From Octopus sinensis (taxonomy: Eukaryota): 64,000 nt of DNA. Position numbers and translations under genes: made by a program. The notes beneath the pieces are model-generated. The model had not been told where the DNA came from. It was given only the letters and a program-made list of their open reading frames with translations, and searched no databases. This document shows, piece by piece, positions 13,481 to 26,493 of the stretch. The DNA lies in NCBI RefSeq assembly GCF_006345805.1, contig NC_043001.1:98270001-98334000 (forward strand), read 5' to 3'. How positions within the stretch are numbered: the stretch's first letter is position 1; every line of letters starts with the position of its first letter.

Positions 13481-14407
13481 TTCTCCTCTAGACTTGATAA
13501 GTATGCACTTGGGCTCAGAGAGAAAGGTTCCTTTGTAATCTTTGGTGTTCATCAGGCTACACGTCCTTGTTTCCGCTGTATCCTAAGCACATTCCCAAAT
13601 TCCTTCTTTCTTTCATTTTATCCACCCATAGCAGTCTAATATTTTTGACCAGCCCCAGTTTATTCCACATCTTTACAAGATGATGGCATAATTCCAACTT
13701 GGAAATTCGGCTTTGTCACCTTCTGTGAGTAAAGTATATTGGAATTCCTTCCTAGATTTCCAGAGCCTCAAAAGGTGGTGCTGTTGGGAGAGCAGTTTTC
13801 GAGATTTCCTCTTCTTCTTCTTCTTAGTTCGGCTTCTGCTATTTTCCTCTTCCTTCATCGTTACTCGGAACCGAAGCTCTTCAAGTAGATTTACTGACAC
13901 AAGTATAACAGCAAAATTTTCTGCTCTGCACCGTTTGTCTCAATGCATGGGCTACTGCTGCTCTCATTAAACAACCTTACCCGGACTTGTGCCTGGGAGG
14001 GTAACTTTCTAGGTGCAATCCCATGGTCAGTCATGACCGAAGGGGGTCTCAGCTTATATATATATTTATCTTGTTTCAATTCAATCATGAAACCTACTGG
14101 GGCGCCACCTTGGAGAAATTTTAGGTGAATGAATTGACCCCTAGTACTCCAATTTTAAAGTCTGTTACTTATTCTATTGGCCTCAAAGGCACACACGCGC
14201 GCGCGCGCGCGGACACACACACAAACACACACATAAACACACACATATATGCATGTACATGCATATATGTAGTTGGGATTGAAGCTTCTTAATACACAGC
14301 TACGTCTGTACCATATATATGTGTGTGTGTTTATGTATACAATTATACTCACGTATATAATATGTGTGTGTGTGTGTGTGTATACATATATACACATGTA
14401 TATAATA

Positions 14408-14452
<45 letters not shown>

Positions 14453-14502
14453 CATGTGTGTGTGTGTATTCATATATACACACGTATATAATATACATAA
14501 TA

Positions 14503-14920
14503 TATGTCTGGAAGATCTTGGAAGGAATTCTGCCAAATTTTGGCATTGTAAGCTACACCAATGCTAGAACGGGACGACACTGCATAGTGCCAAAGATCCC
14601 AGCAATGCCATCGCGCTTCAGGACCAGCTTCTCCAACAGCCTGGGTTTCGAGGGCCCACAGCATTTTAATATTCTCCCAAAGAATCTGAGGAACTTGCAC
14701 AAAGTAGATGTAGCGGTTTTTAAATCAAAGCTGGACATCTTCCTGTCGAGAGTCCCAGATGAACCTACCTCACGGCAAGAGGTGCAAATGAGAGTAGCTA
14801 TGTCAAACTCCATTCTTCACCAAGTGCCACATATTAGACGATGTTCTTCGCAATAACAATGTAGCACAAAACGGCGGTGCATCAGCATGGCCGCAGCTCT
14901 GAGCTGAAACTAGAGAAAAA
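14503..14920 (+). mobile_element. 3' fragment of a CR1-type LINE
   Basis: YVWKILEGILPNFG..GPQHFNILPKNLRN..FKSKLDIFLSRVPDEP, then 3' UTR GGCGGTGCATCAGCATGGCCGCAG..CTGAAACTAG; another copy at ~37733-37910. Confidence 0.8.
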
Positions 14921-15102
14921 AAATATATATATATATACATATGTATATATATATTTAAGAGAGAGAGAGAGAGAGAGGAAGGAAGGAAGAAAGAGACAGA
15001 CGGAGAGAGAGAGAGTAAAACAAAGAAACAGAGAAAGATAGACATATATATACATACATGTATGCATGTGTGTGAATATATATATATATATATATACGTA
15101 AG

Positions 15103-15342
15103 AGAACCATCCGTTCGTGACCATTGCCAGCGCCGCCCCGACTGGCCTCGTGCCGGTGGCACGTAAAAAGCACCCACTACACTCACGGAGTGGTTGGCGT
15201 TAGGAAGGGCATCCAGCCGTAGAAACACTGCCAGATCAGACTGGGCCTGATGCAGCCTTCTGGCTTCACAGACCCCAGTTGAAGCGTCCAACCCATGCTA
15301 GCATGGAAAGCGGACGCTAAATGATGATGATGATGATGATGA
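15103..15342 (+). mobile_element. Short retroposon family D with (GAT)n tail (RTE-type 3' end)
   Basis: GGAAGGGCATCCAGC..CCAACCCATGCTAGCATGGAAAGCGGACG..(GAT)n; many copies. Confidence 0.8.
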
Positions 15343-15440
15343 TATATATACATACATATATATATATATACATACGTAAACACACACACACACACATACA
15401 CCCACACATACATACGCGCGCACACACATACACGTACACT

Positions 15441-15490
<50 letters not shown>

Positions 15491-15535
15491 ACACACACAC
15501 ACACACAACACACACACACACACACACAACACCAC

Positions 15536-15572
<37 letters not shown>

Positions 15573-15619
15573 AGATAGTCATTTGTATTTTTCTAATCTT
15601 TATTAATTTTTATGGAATA

Positions 15620-16006
15620 CTAGCAGTATCGCCCGGCGTTGCTCAGGTTTGTAAGGGAAATAACTATAAAGCATTTTTAGAGAGTTATAGCCAAAAAATA
15701 GCAAAAAAATAGAAAAAAAATGATGGTAAATTTTTTTTTGAGAGTAAAAAAAGGTTGAGTTGCGTCCCCTAGACAGTCTGTGGTTTATTTTTTTTGATTC
15801 TCGACCCCATGTCGAATTTATCGATTTTTTTCAGAACTGGGGGAACTTTTCAAAATTTTCGCTTCGTTAGTTTTGAATTATGACATTGGGCTATGTGTGT
15901 GTCAAGTTTCATCAGAATCGGTTGAAAGCCGTGGTCAGAGTGAAGGTACGAGAAAACAGACACACAGAAACACGCACAGACAAACTGCCGTTTATATAGA
16001 GAGAGA
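15620..16006 (-). mobile_element. Non-autonomous Helitron
   Basis: Minus strand 5'-TCTCTCTCTATATAAAC ... hairpin CTGAGCAACGCCGGG ... CTAG-3', inserted between A and T with no TSD. Confidence 0.75.
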
Positions 16007-16669
16007 TTTTTCAATACAGGTATTCTGAAAATGTTGAAGCAGTAATCTGCAAGCTAAGTGACAAATGTTATTCAGTGATTGCTTTGCTTTTCTTTATTTT
16101 TCGAGTGTTTCCATTTTTATTCCTCTGAAGAAATGGAGATTAGGTAGGAAGCCTTAGCACCTTATAACACTTTCTGTAGGAGCTATCATTGCGGCTTCTG
16201 TTTTGTTGCCAGAACTATTAAAGAAGCTGTCAAATCGCCCTTAAATCACATGCCATTATCTTCAACGAGGAAGGCTGACTCAAGCCAACGTGGAAGAATG
16301 TTATCTATGCATTTACAAGATCTGCTAGAATTTCTATCCAAATCTCTATTAAATTACACGAAACCATTTTGAATAAAGAGATCTTGAACCAATGAAGAGA
16401 TCTATGTGGTCAAGAGAAATATTAGGAAAAGCAGTCCAATATTCCATAAACCATATTCCATCATTCTTACCCAACTCATGCCAGCATGGGAAGTGGGCAT
16501 TAAATGATGATGTCCATGACGACGACAACGATGATGTCCATGACGACGACAACGATGATGACGATGACAAAGATGAGGATTAAAAAGAAAGAATACATCA
16601 ATCCAACAAGAGAGAATCGTTTTGGTTATACTAGAGCAGTCAAATATATTTTCAAATCATACCCAGCCA

Positions 16670-16835
16670 TATAGGCGTAGGAGTGGCTGAGTGGTAAGTA
16701 GCTTGCTTACCAACCACATGGTTCCAGGTTCAGTCCCACTGCATGGCACTTTGGGCAAGTGTCTTCTACTATAGCCTGGGACCGATCAAAGCCTTGTGAG
16801 TGGATTTGGTAGACGGAAACTGAGAGAAGCCCGTC

Positions 16836-16867
<32 letters not shown>

Positions 16868-17053
16868 TTGTGTGTCTGTTTGTCCCCCCAACATCGCTTG
16901 ACAATCGATGTTTGTGTATTTACGCTCCCATAGCTTAGATGTTCTGCAAAAGAGACCGATAGAATAAGTACTAGGCTTACGCGACTAAAGGCGGTGCTCC
17001 AGCATGGCCACAGTCAAATGACTGACACAATTAAAAGAGAAAAAGAGTAAAGA
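16670..17053 (+). mobile_element. SINE family A
   Basis: Full head and tail. Confidence 0.85.
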
Positions 17054-17306
17054 GCCATCTTAAATAAATACAGATGTACCGAGACATAGCAGTACTATCT
17101 TAGTGTCACCTTGACCTTCTAGATATAGCACCCTACTACCTATGAAACCTACTCCCTTTCTCTTTCTTAAACAAGATGGGTCATATTGAAAATGTAAGTT
17201 TCAATATCTGAAAAATGTGTGATGTCATGTCTGGAGAGTCTTTCATAATATGTATGCAAAATCAATTTTGCTTTGAGGTAAAAAGCATCAACAACAGGTA
17301 GAGCCG

Positions 17307-17620
17307 TGGAGGCACATAGCCTAGTGGTTAGAGCAGCGAACTCGCCGTCAAGGGATCGCAGGTTCGAATCTCAGACCGGGCGATGTGTGTGTTTATGAGC
17401 GAAACACCTAAGCTCCACGCGGCTCCGGCAGAATGTAATGGCAAACTTCTGCTGACTCTTTCGCCACAACTTTCTCTCACTCTTTCCTCCTGTATCTTGC
17501 AGCTCACCTGCGACGGACCGGCGTCCTGTCCGGGTGGGGAACATATACGCCAATGAAACCGAGAAATTGGCCCTTATGAGCCAGGCGTGAATTGAGAAGG
17601 AACAAACAAAACAACAACAG
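17307..17620 (+). mobile_element. SINE family C with TSD
   Basis: tRNA-like head (TAGCCTAGTGG, GGTTCGAATCT); flanked by the direct repeat ACAACAGGTAGAGCC. Confidence 0.85.
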
Positions 17621-17789
17621 GTAGAGCCAGATAGTCCTTAAAATAGGGATAATTGTAATTCCTTCACTCAGATAAGCTTTCTAAATAAATTATTGGTATT
17701 GTGTTAAAGAACAACAAAATGAAGACCAATTGTCTGTAAATAAAGTGCTTTGGTTATATATGCAGATGGATTATATATATATAAATATG

Positions 17790-18020
17790 AAGGCGGCGAG
17801 CTGGCAGAACCGTTAGCGCGCTGGGCGAAATGCGTAGCCGTATTTCGTCTGCCATTAAGTTCTGAGTTCAAATTCCGCCGAGGTCGACTTTGCCTTTCAT
17901 CCTTTCGGGGTCGATAAATTAGTACCAGTTACACACTGGGGTCGATGTAATCGACTTAATTCGTTTGTCTGTCCTTGTTTGTCCCCTCTATGTTTAGCCC
18001 CTTGTGTGTAATAAAGAAAC
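17790..18020 (+). mobile_element. SINE family B
   Basis: Full head and tail. Confidence 0.85.
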
Positions 18021-18179
18021 ATATATATATAATTGTGTGTGTGTGAAGAGCTTTGCTTGAAATGTAAAACAACCTTTATTTCCTACCCAGTGCATCTGTT
18101 AATACTTTGCAATACTTTGCATGTACCACGTCTTCCCATTGTTGTTTCTCTCTTGTTTTTTCTTCGTTTTTTTATTCAT

Positions 18180-18213
<34 letters not shown>

Positions 18214-18543
18214 GAAAGAAGGTTTGAAAATGCAATTTTAAAGGTGCTTATTCACTTGACTGGTTTCACTTTTTGGGAAAAAGATTGTCAAAAGTAAAAT
18301 GTAAAGCTTTGTATAAGCTTTGTTGTTTTAAGTACTCGATGTCACAAAAGTATCAAAATACATATAGACATTCTTTGATAATAATAAAAAAATGTTAAAA
18401 ACAATTTACAAGGAAATATCTTGAGAAAATATTAAACAAAAATTAAACAAAAATATATTAGGATTTCATTAAAAATCATGTTTGTTTGGAAGTATCTATA
18501 TATTACACAGAAAGGTATTAGTTCAAAAACAGTCATATTTGTA

Positions 18544-18603
<60 letters not shown>

Positions 18604-18682
18604 GGAGATATATTTAGGAGTTTACAAAGAATTGAGATGAACTGACCTGTTTTAGGTCAGTATGTACATATATATATGTATG

Positions 18683-18716
<34 letters not shown>

Positions 18717-18765
18717 TATATATATATATGTATGAACATATATATATATACATAAATATATATGT

Positions 18766-19410
18766 ATCATCATCATCATCATCATCATCATCATCGTTTA
18801 ACGTCCGTTCTCCATGCTAGCATGGGTTGGACGGTTTGACCGGGGATCTGGGAAGCCAGAAGGCTGCGCCAGGCTCCGGTCTTATCTGGCAATGTTTCTA
18901 CAGCTGGATGCCCTTCCTAACGCCAACCACTCCGTGAGTGTAGTGGGTGCTTTTTACGTGCCGCCTGCACTGGTGCCAGGCGAGGCTGGCATCGGCCACG
19001 GTCGGATTGGTGCATTTTACGTGCCACCGGCACGGAAGCCAGTCGAGGCGGCACTGGCTTCGGCCACGATTCGGATGGTGCTTTTTATGTGCCACCGACA
19101 CGGAAGCCAGTCGAGGCGGCGCTGGCATCGGCCACAATTCGGATAGTGCTTTTTACATATCTCCAGTCCAGGGATCCTGGCATCTGCCGGGTGCCAGTCA
19201 TAGGATTGGTTCAATTTCGATTCCGATTTCACTTGCCTCAACAGGTCTTCGCAAGCAAAGGGGGGTAGGCATAGGTGCCTGTCATCGGATGAGGTTCGAT
19301 ATCGACTTCGCTTGCCTCAACAGGTCTTTGTGTGTCCAAGGGAGGAAAGGCATGCATAAGTGGGCTGGACTCACTTGTCCTGCCTGGTCTTTTCACGCAC
19401 AGCATATTTC
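18766..19410 (-). mobile_element. Family D retroposon, long form with internal ~66-bp tandem repeats
   Basis: (CAT)n tail on +; repeated GGTGCTTTTTACGTGCCACCGGCACGG units. Confidence 0.75.
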
Positions 19411-19492
19411 CATGCATGTGTGAATGTACATATATATATACATAAATATATATGTATGTATGTACATATATATATATATATATATATAATAT

Positions 19493-19546
<54 letters not shown>

Positions 19547-20606
19547 TATATATACATTTATAGGAAAAAGCAACAAGAATGGATCAGTATTTCGGTTCAA
19601 TTGTTTCGTACGAAGACATCTTTAATAAGGCTACAAAAATTGCAGTAAATATAGGTGACCCGTACTCATCAGCCGAAAAAACATCTGAGATCCCCAAACA
19701 TCAAAGGGGGTGATGTAACACTCGTGAAACATCATAGAAAGTTCTTAATTGCTTGTACCTATATATACATTTATATATACATGTATGTATATGTATTTAT
19801 TATATATAAATATTTATATGTATGTATATATATGTGTGCATGTATATGTGTGTAAAAACTTATATAAATACATATATTTATATACACCTATATACCTATA
19901 TATTTACATCTGCACATACACACACACACATACATGAGTGTATGTGTGTATTGATGCGAAATGATAAAATCAGTACATCAAAAAAAATAAAATAAGCATA
20001 AAAACTCCACAAATCTTTGCATCATTTTGTTTCATGCAATTATATCTCTTTGCACCTGATTTGACTTTACCATTCCATTCCTGACAAAATCAATAAGAAC
20101 TTGGTAAACCTTTTGATACAATCATTGAATGCTCTTGAATATCTTGCTGCAGTATGGCCACAAATAACATGTAGGAACATACCACTAAGAAAATCTAGAA
20201 TTTGATTAACCGAAACATTGAAATGTAAGGTGAAACAGAAATGGGAAAAAAAACGAACAATATAGGTTTTTAATTTTCTATACATGACTGATTAACAATG
20301 ATATGTAATTAAGGTTAGGTAATTAATTGATAATGATATATAACTAATTAATTAAAGAAGGTAGACATATTTATTTGTAACTGAAGTAATTTTATTGTTA
20401 TATAGCAAGACAGCCCATGATACAATCCACAGGTATCAGAGCTTATATGCAGTCACCTGATATGCTAAATATAGCAGTCAGGCCTTTCTCAAATGCCATA
20501 CTGTAATTTTAAACAAACGAAGGTCAGGTTCCATTTGATAATATAGTCTTAGGTATAATTGGCCTAGTTCATGGTATGATCATGGCTGCAAAATTTTTTA
20601 TCATAA

Positions 20607-20892
20607 AAAGAACTATCCGAACATGGCTGTTGCCAGCGCCGCCTCGACTGGCCTCCATGCCAGTGACACGTAAAAAGCACCAACCGATCGTGGCTGTTGC
20701 CAGCCTCACCTGGCACCTATGCCGGTGGCACGTAAAAAGCACCCACTACACACACAGAGTGGTTGGCATTAGGAAGGGCATCCAGCTGTTGAAACACTGC
20801 CAGATCAGACTGGAGCCTGGTGCAGCCTCCTGGCTTCCCAGACCCCGGTTGAACCATCCAACCCATGCTAGCATGGAAAACAGATGTTAAAC

Positions 20893-20930
<38 letters not shown>
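20607..20930 (+). mobile_element. Family D retroposon
   Basis: Same body and (GAT)n tail. Confidence 0.8.
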
Positions 20931-20931
<1 letters not shown>

Positions 20932-21419
20932 AGAACTGCTTAAATAGAGCAAAACTGGCAATAAGCAATAGAAATAATTCTTTTAACTATAAGCACAAGG
21001 CCGGAAACTTTGGTGGTGGGAACTGCTTGATTATATTGATTCCAGTACTGGACTGCTACTTATTTTATTGACCCTAAAAAGATGACAGGCAAAGTCAACT
21101 TTGACGGAGTTTGACCTCAGAGCATGAAAGAGCCAGAAGAGAAACCACTGAGCATTTTGTGAATGTAGTAATGATTCTGCCAGCTCATTGCCCTAGAAAT
21201 AGCAACAGCATCACCTTGTTGTTCTCTATTACTCGAAAGGGTCTCAATATGCGTTTTTTCAATAAGCTTCAATGATAATAAAACTGTGTTTGACGATTAG
21301 CAACTTCATAATGTTCTCTGAAACTAAACAAAGGGGAGATAATTTGCATCGTATTGTTGAAATCACAAAACAAGCATAAATAGGAAGTTACAACAGGAAA
21401 GTAATGGTTGTTGTTGTTG

Positions 21420-21443
21420 CCTTCTTCTTCTTCTTCCTCTTCT

Positions 21444-21475
<32 letters not shown>

Positions 21476-21858
21476 TTTTTCTGCCTCTTTTTCCTCTTCC
21501 TCTTCTTCTTCTTCTTCTTCTTCTTCTTCTTCCTCTTTTTCCTCTTCCTCTTCTTCTCCTTTTTCCTCTTCTTCTTCTTCTTCTTCTTCTTCTCCTTCTT
21601 CTTCCTCTTCTTCTCCTTCTTCCTCTTTTTCCTCCTCTTCTTCTTCTTCTTCTTCTTCTTCTTCTCCTCCTCCTCCTCCTCCTCCTCCTTCTTCTTCTTC
21701 TTCTTCTTCTCCTTCTTCTTCTTCTTCTTCTTCTTCTTCTTCTTCTTCTTCTTCTTCTTCTTCTTCTTCTTCTTCTCCTTCTTCTTCTTCTTCTTCTTCT
21801 TCTTTTTCTTCTTCTTCTTCTCCTCTTCTTCTTCTTCTTCGCCTTCTTCTTCTTCTTC
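21420..21858. repeat. ~440-bp (CTT/GAA)n-(CCT)n trinucleotide tract
   Basis: Direct inspection; it generates the poly-E/K/R/S/F ORFs. Confidence 0.98.
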
Positions 21859-22332
21859 CAATCAGGACACATGCCATTAGCCACAAAGAATAAACTCTAA
21901 TTCAAGCCTACTCTAATCTACTAAGAATGATTCTGGCTACGTGGAGATCCACCCACCACATGCGATAAACTGGCGGTTGCATGGGCGCGAAAGCTACATT
22001 GTTATCCTCATTCCGTAAACGATGACTTTTAACGGGTGGAGAGCTGAACTCTGGGGTACAGAGGATTCGCAATCTAGACTAGGGTCTGAAAGTTTACCAC
22101 ACCATAGTGGGTTACCCCATTATTCCTCTGCTTTGTGGCAAAAGTAGGAAGAAAGAGTGAGAGAAAGTTGTAGTGTAAGAGTACAGCAGGGTCCCCCCAC
22201 CTGCCCTCTGGAGCCTCATGGAGCTTAGGTGTTTCTGCTCAATAAACACTCACAATGCCCGGTCTGGGAATCGAAATCGTGTTCTTAAGAATACGAGTCC
22301 GTTGCCCTAACCACTGGGCCATTGCACCTCTA
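21859..22332 (-). mobile_element. SINE family C variant whose 3' tail is the GAA tract
   Basis: Minus strand: family C head, a body shared with 2940-3058, then TGGCTAATGGCATGTGTCCTGATTG(GAA)n. Confidence 0.7.
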
Positions 22333-22831
22333 TGTTGTTGTTGTTGTCCACCCACAAGCCTGTCAGATATTCTATCATAAGCGACCAGCCAGCTTGAATT
22401 TTTCAGACACAGACGTAATATATCTCATACAATATTACCAGATATATCCTGCCTTGTTTACAGAAGTAAAAAGTGATTTTGGTATGATTTTGACTGCCAT
22501 TTCTAGCAACTCGGGTGAGGATTCAGTGGCTTGTTTGTCATTTAACCCTTTAGAGTCTACTCTGATTAGCTGACCTTTGACCAAAAGGGGATCCATCTAC
22601 AAAGTGCTCATCATTTCTTTCCATTTCAGATATTGGAAATGAAGTACTACATGACCTAAAGTACCCTGCTTCAGCTGTAGGTTATAGAATATAACTTAAG
22701 GAAGATATAACTGCTATTTCTGGCAGGTCAAGCCACCATTTAGAGATATTCTTTATTTGTGTAGCACAAGGAAGAGTTGTTTTGATTGAGCTTAACATAG
22801 TTATAATAAACTTTGGCTGTTACAACAGCCA

Positions 22832-24080
22832 AAGGTGGGGAGCTGGCAGAATCATTAGCATGTCAGGTGAAAATGATTAGTAGCATTTTGTCTATCTTTA
22901 CATTCAGAGTTCAAATTCCACTGAAGTTGAGTTTCGTTTTTATCCTCTCGGGGTTGATAAAATAAGTACTTGTTGAACAATCGGTTGGATGTAATCGACT
23001 TAACCCCATCCCTAGAAATTGTTGACTCTCTTCCTAAATTTTAAATCAATATTCTTTTCTACTCTAGGCTCAAGGCCCGAAAATTTTGGGAGAGGGGGCC
23101 AGTCAATTAGATCGACCCCAGTATGCAACTGATACTTAATTTATTGACACTGAGAGGATTAAAGGCAAAGTTGACCTCGGCGGAATTTGAACTGAGAATG
23201 TAAAGACAGACAAAATACTGCAAAGCATTTTGCCCGGTGTGCTGTTTCTTATTTCTTTATTGCACACAAGGAGCTAAACATGGAGGGGACAAAGGGATTA
23301 AGACAATTAGGTCGACCCCAATGTGTAACTGGCACTTAATTTATCAACCCTGAGAGGATGAAAGGCTAGTGTTTCTGCCAGCTCACCTCCATTATTTGAA
23401 ATCAATATTCTTTCCTACTCTAGGCATAAGGCCCAAAATCAGGTCAACCCCAGTATGCAACTGGTATTTAATTTATTGACCCTGAGAGGATGAAAGGCAA
23501 AGTCGACCTCGGTGGAATTTGAACTCAGAATGTAAAGACAGATAAATTACCGCTAAGCATTTCACTCAGCGTGTTAACGTTTCTGTCAGCTAATTGCCAT
23601 AATTTGAAACCAATATTATTCTGCTTCATAAGGCAGCAAGCTAGCAGAATCATTAACATGCTGGGCAAAATGCTTAGCTGCTTTATACCTATCTTTACAT
23701 TCTGAGATCAAATTTTGCTGAGCTCTACTTTGCCTTTCATTATTTCAGAGTCAATAACATGAGTGCCAGTTGAGCACCTGGGTCAGTGTAATCTACTTTC
23801 CCCCACAAACTCAGATTATTAGCCTTGAGCCAAAATTCGGAACCCATATTACAATAGCTAAAGGCAGCAAGCTGGCAGAATTGTTACCATACCAGACAAA
23901 ATGCTTTGTGGCATTTCATCTGCCTTTATGTTCTGAGTTCAAATTCCATTGAGGTCAACTTGGCCTTTCATCCTTTCAGGGTCAATAAAATAAGTACCAG
24001 TTGAGCACAGGGGTCTATGTAATTGACTTCACTTGACCCCCAAAACTGCTGGCATTGTGCCAAAACTTGAAAGTGGTGTT
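22832..24080. mobile_element. Cluster of old family B-related SINEs in both orientations
   Basis: Repeated GAGCTGGCAGAATC..GAGTTCAAATTCC and reverse complements. Confidence 0.75.
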
Positions 24081-24179
24081 ACTACAGCTATTGAGGTGTA
24101 GTGCGGTGGTTCTGCGGTCCCCTGGTGGTCTGGCGAGGTAGTACTGAATTTAGTCCATGAACTAAATTCAAAATTTCAT

Positions 24180-24438
<259 letters not shown>

Positions 24439-24499
24439 CATGTTGATAGTCTGGTAAATTGGAGCCAACAGAAATGCGTAGGGGCTAATCCTTATGCTT

Positions 24500-24687
24500 A
24501 TCATCATCATCATCATCGTTTAACGTCCGCTTTCCATGCTGGAATGGGCTGGACACTTTGACTGAGGACTGGCAAACCAGATTGGAGCCTGGTGCAGCCA
24601 TCTGGTTCACCAGTCCTCAGTCAAATCGTCCAACCCATGCCAGCATGGAAAGCGGACCTTAAACGATGATGATGATGATGATGATGG
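24500..24687. repeat. Head-to-head inverted pair of family D 3' ends
   Basis: (CAT)n..CGCTTTCCATGCTGG..GACTGAGGACTGG mirrored by CCAGTCCTCAGTC..CCAGCATGGAAAGCG..(GAT)n. Confidence 0.8.
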
Positions 24688-25193
24688 TGTTAAGGACAAG
24701 CATATCAAAAAGCATCCATGGGAAAACTCATTTAAATAAAAGGGTTGGGAGCCACTGTGGGGAACCACTGTGAAAAGATTGGGAATATGGGCATAATGCA
24801 TGAGCTTAGCCCCCTGCCCCCTACCCCCTACCCATTTCTATTGGCTCCAATTTACCAGACTATCAAACAAAAAAAAGTGATTTCTACTTCTGGTTCACAT
24901 TTGAATCATCCAAGCCAAAGAGGATTCCTACGTGGTTACTTGATCTACTAGAAATAGCAGTCAAATCACAATGATATCACACCCTACCTTTAGAAAAGGT
25001 CATTTTTTTGATAGTGATATCCTGGGTTTCCAGCATAGGGAAAAAAATTGTCTGGATGGTCATAGTAGGAATGCTTTGGAATACTTTTGATCATAGGTCT
25101 ATTTGACTACAACTGACCTGGAGTGAAGCAACATGAGTAGAATCTGACTGAAACCACTATCCTAAAGCATAATGCACTTGGGACCACTTTATA

Positions 25194-25745
25194 CAGGGTG
25201 GACCAAAAAGATTTGACACATATGGAGGCTTAATAAAAGCACAAAATAAGAAATAAGGAAAAGAAAAAATTTCTTTTCTGATTGTACATATAATGCCATT
25301 TTATTTCTTTAAGTTTTAAAAATTAAATCAGCTAAATGCCTCCCATCATTATCAACAGACTGTTGGAGACATTCATGAAAGTTATCGATAAATCTATGGA
25401 TCATTTCTTCTGGAATGGTGAAATGTGATTTCTTCTGGTGATATTTAAAATCAAAAGTATTCAGTCATCGCCCTCCATCTATTGATGAATTAAAACATGC
25501 AATTTATGTAGAAATAACAACCATTCCAGAAGAAATGATCCATAGAGTTATCGATAACTTTCATGAACGTCTCCAACAGTCTGTTGACAATGATGGGAAG
25601 CATTTAGCTGATTTGATTTTTAAAACTTAAAGAAATAAAATGGCAGCATATGTACATTCAGAAAATAAAATTTTTCTTTTCATTATTTCTTATTTTGTGC
25701 TTTTATTAAGCCTCCAAATGTGTCAGATCATTTTGGTCCACCCTA
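25194..25745. mobile_element. Palindromic Tc1/mariner-derived element (226-bp arms)
   Basis: Termini CAGGGTGGACCAAAA / TTTTGGTCCACCCTA with TA flanks; arms 25194-25419 and 25520-25745; + strand encodes CDFFW*YLKSKVFSHRPPSIDELKHAI.. Confidence 0.85.
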
Positions 25746-25917
25746 TACAAGAATTCCTTTCTGTTAGAGGGAAGGCTGTAATCAGAAAGTGCTTCACTTG
25801 CTATTTCTAGAAGGCCAAACAAGCCAACCACATCGAAGCACCTTCATTGGCTCATCACTGTTGAGTTGTTAGTGATAGATAGGATGAGAATCCTGTCATA
25901 AAATAAATTGCTCCATA

Positions 25918-25918
25918 A

Positions 25919-25980
<62 letters not shown>

Positions 25981-25991
25981 TAATAATAATA
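25918..25991. repeat. (AAT)n microsatellite
   Basis: Direct inspection. Confidence 0.95.
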
Positions 25992-26493
25992 AAGAAAAAG
26001 TAAATATAAAGACAGAAAAGCCATCATTCTACTCACCTATTCGACATTCAATGAGGATAAAATAGCTGTAAGACAGTAATAGAATTTTTTTTTTTCCCAG
26101 CTGCATCATTATAGAATTGAATTGCCAGAGGCTTACTACAATTTAGCATTACTTGCTCTGTCCATACCACCAGTTTCTTAATCCTGTATGCCAGCTTAAA
26201 GTAATAGAGAAAAACAGGAATGGTAAATTGTGATAACAGTTATTTTCCTGAGAATATTATATGAAATAAGCAAACTAGTTGCCACTGGCAGCCTAGACAA
26301 AGAAGCAGACTCAAAATCAAATTAATTCAAATCAAATTTTCCCCAAGATCTTCCAGCAATGATTCCTTTCATAAGTATAAAAATCTATTGTTAGTAAAAA
26401 AAGAAAGAGAGCATAATCCATTTCGTGACCAAACTTATATTAAATAAAAATGGTTGAGATTGCCGAGAGGATAAGGTACAGCACTACAAGACG

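Noticed and set aside
13500-13940. Coding-like minus-strand segment (75-aa Lys-rich ORF)
   Set aside because: Stops in all frames and no recognisable family.
17307-17380. tRNA-like sequences with A and B boxes (also 2748, 30930, 47277)
   Set aside because: They are heads of multi-copy SINEs continuing into SINE bodies; no convincing acceptor stem.
18940-19160. Regularly spaced ~66-bp repeats superficially like a CRISPR array
   Set aside because: The intervening sequences are also mutually similar; they are internal tandem repeats of a eukaryotic retroposon, and there are no cas genes.
21269-21893. Poly-E/K/R/S/F ORFs of 157-205 aa
   Set aside because: Translations of the (GAA/CTT)n tract; no coding evidence.
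26037-26065. Possible 29-nt minus-strand exon (..TTACAG / GTGAGT) containing ATG TCG AAT AG
   Set aside because: Good splice signals, but I found no compatible downstream exon or recognisable protein; needs RNA-seq.
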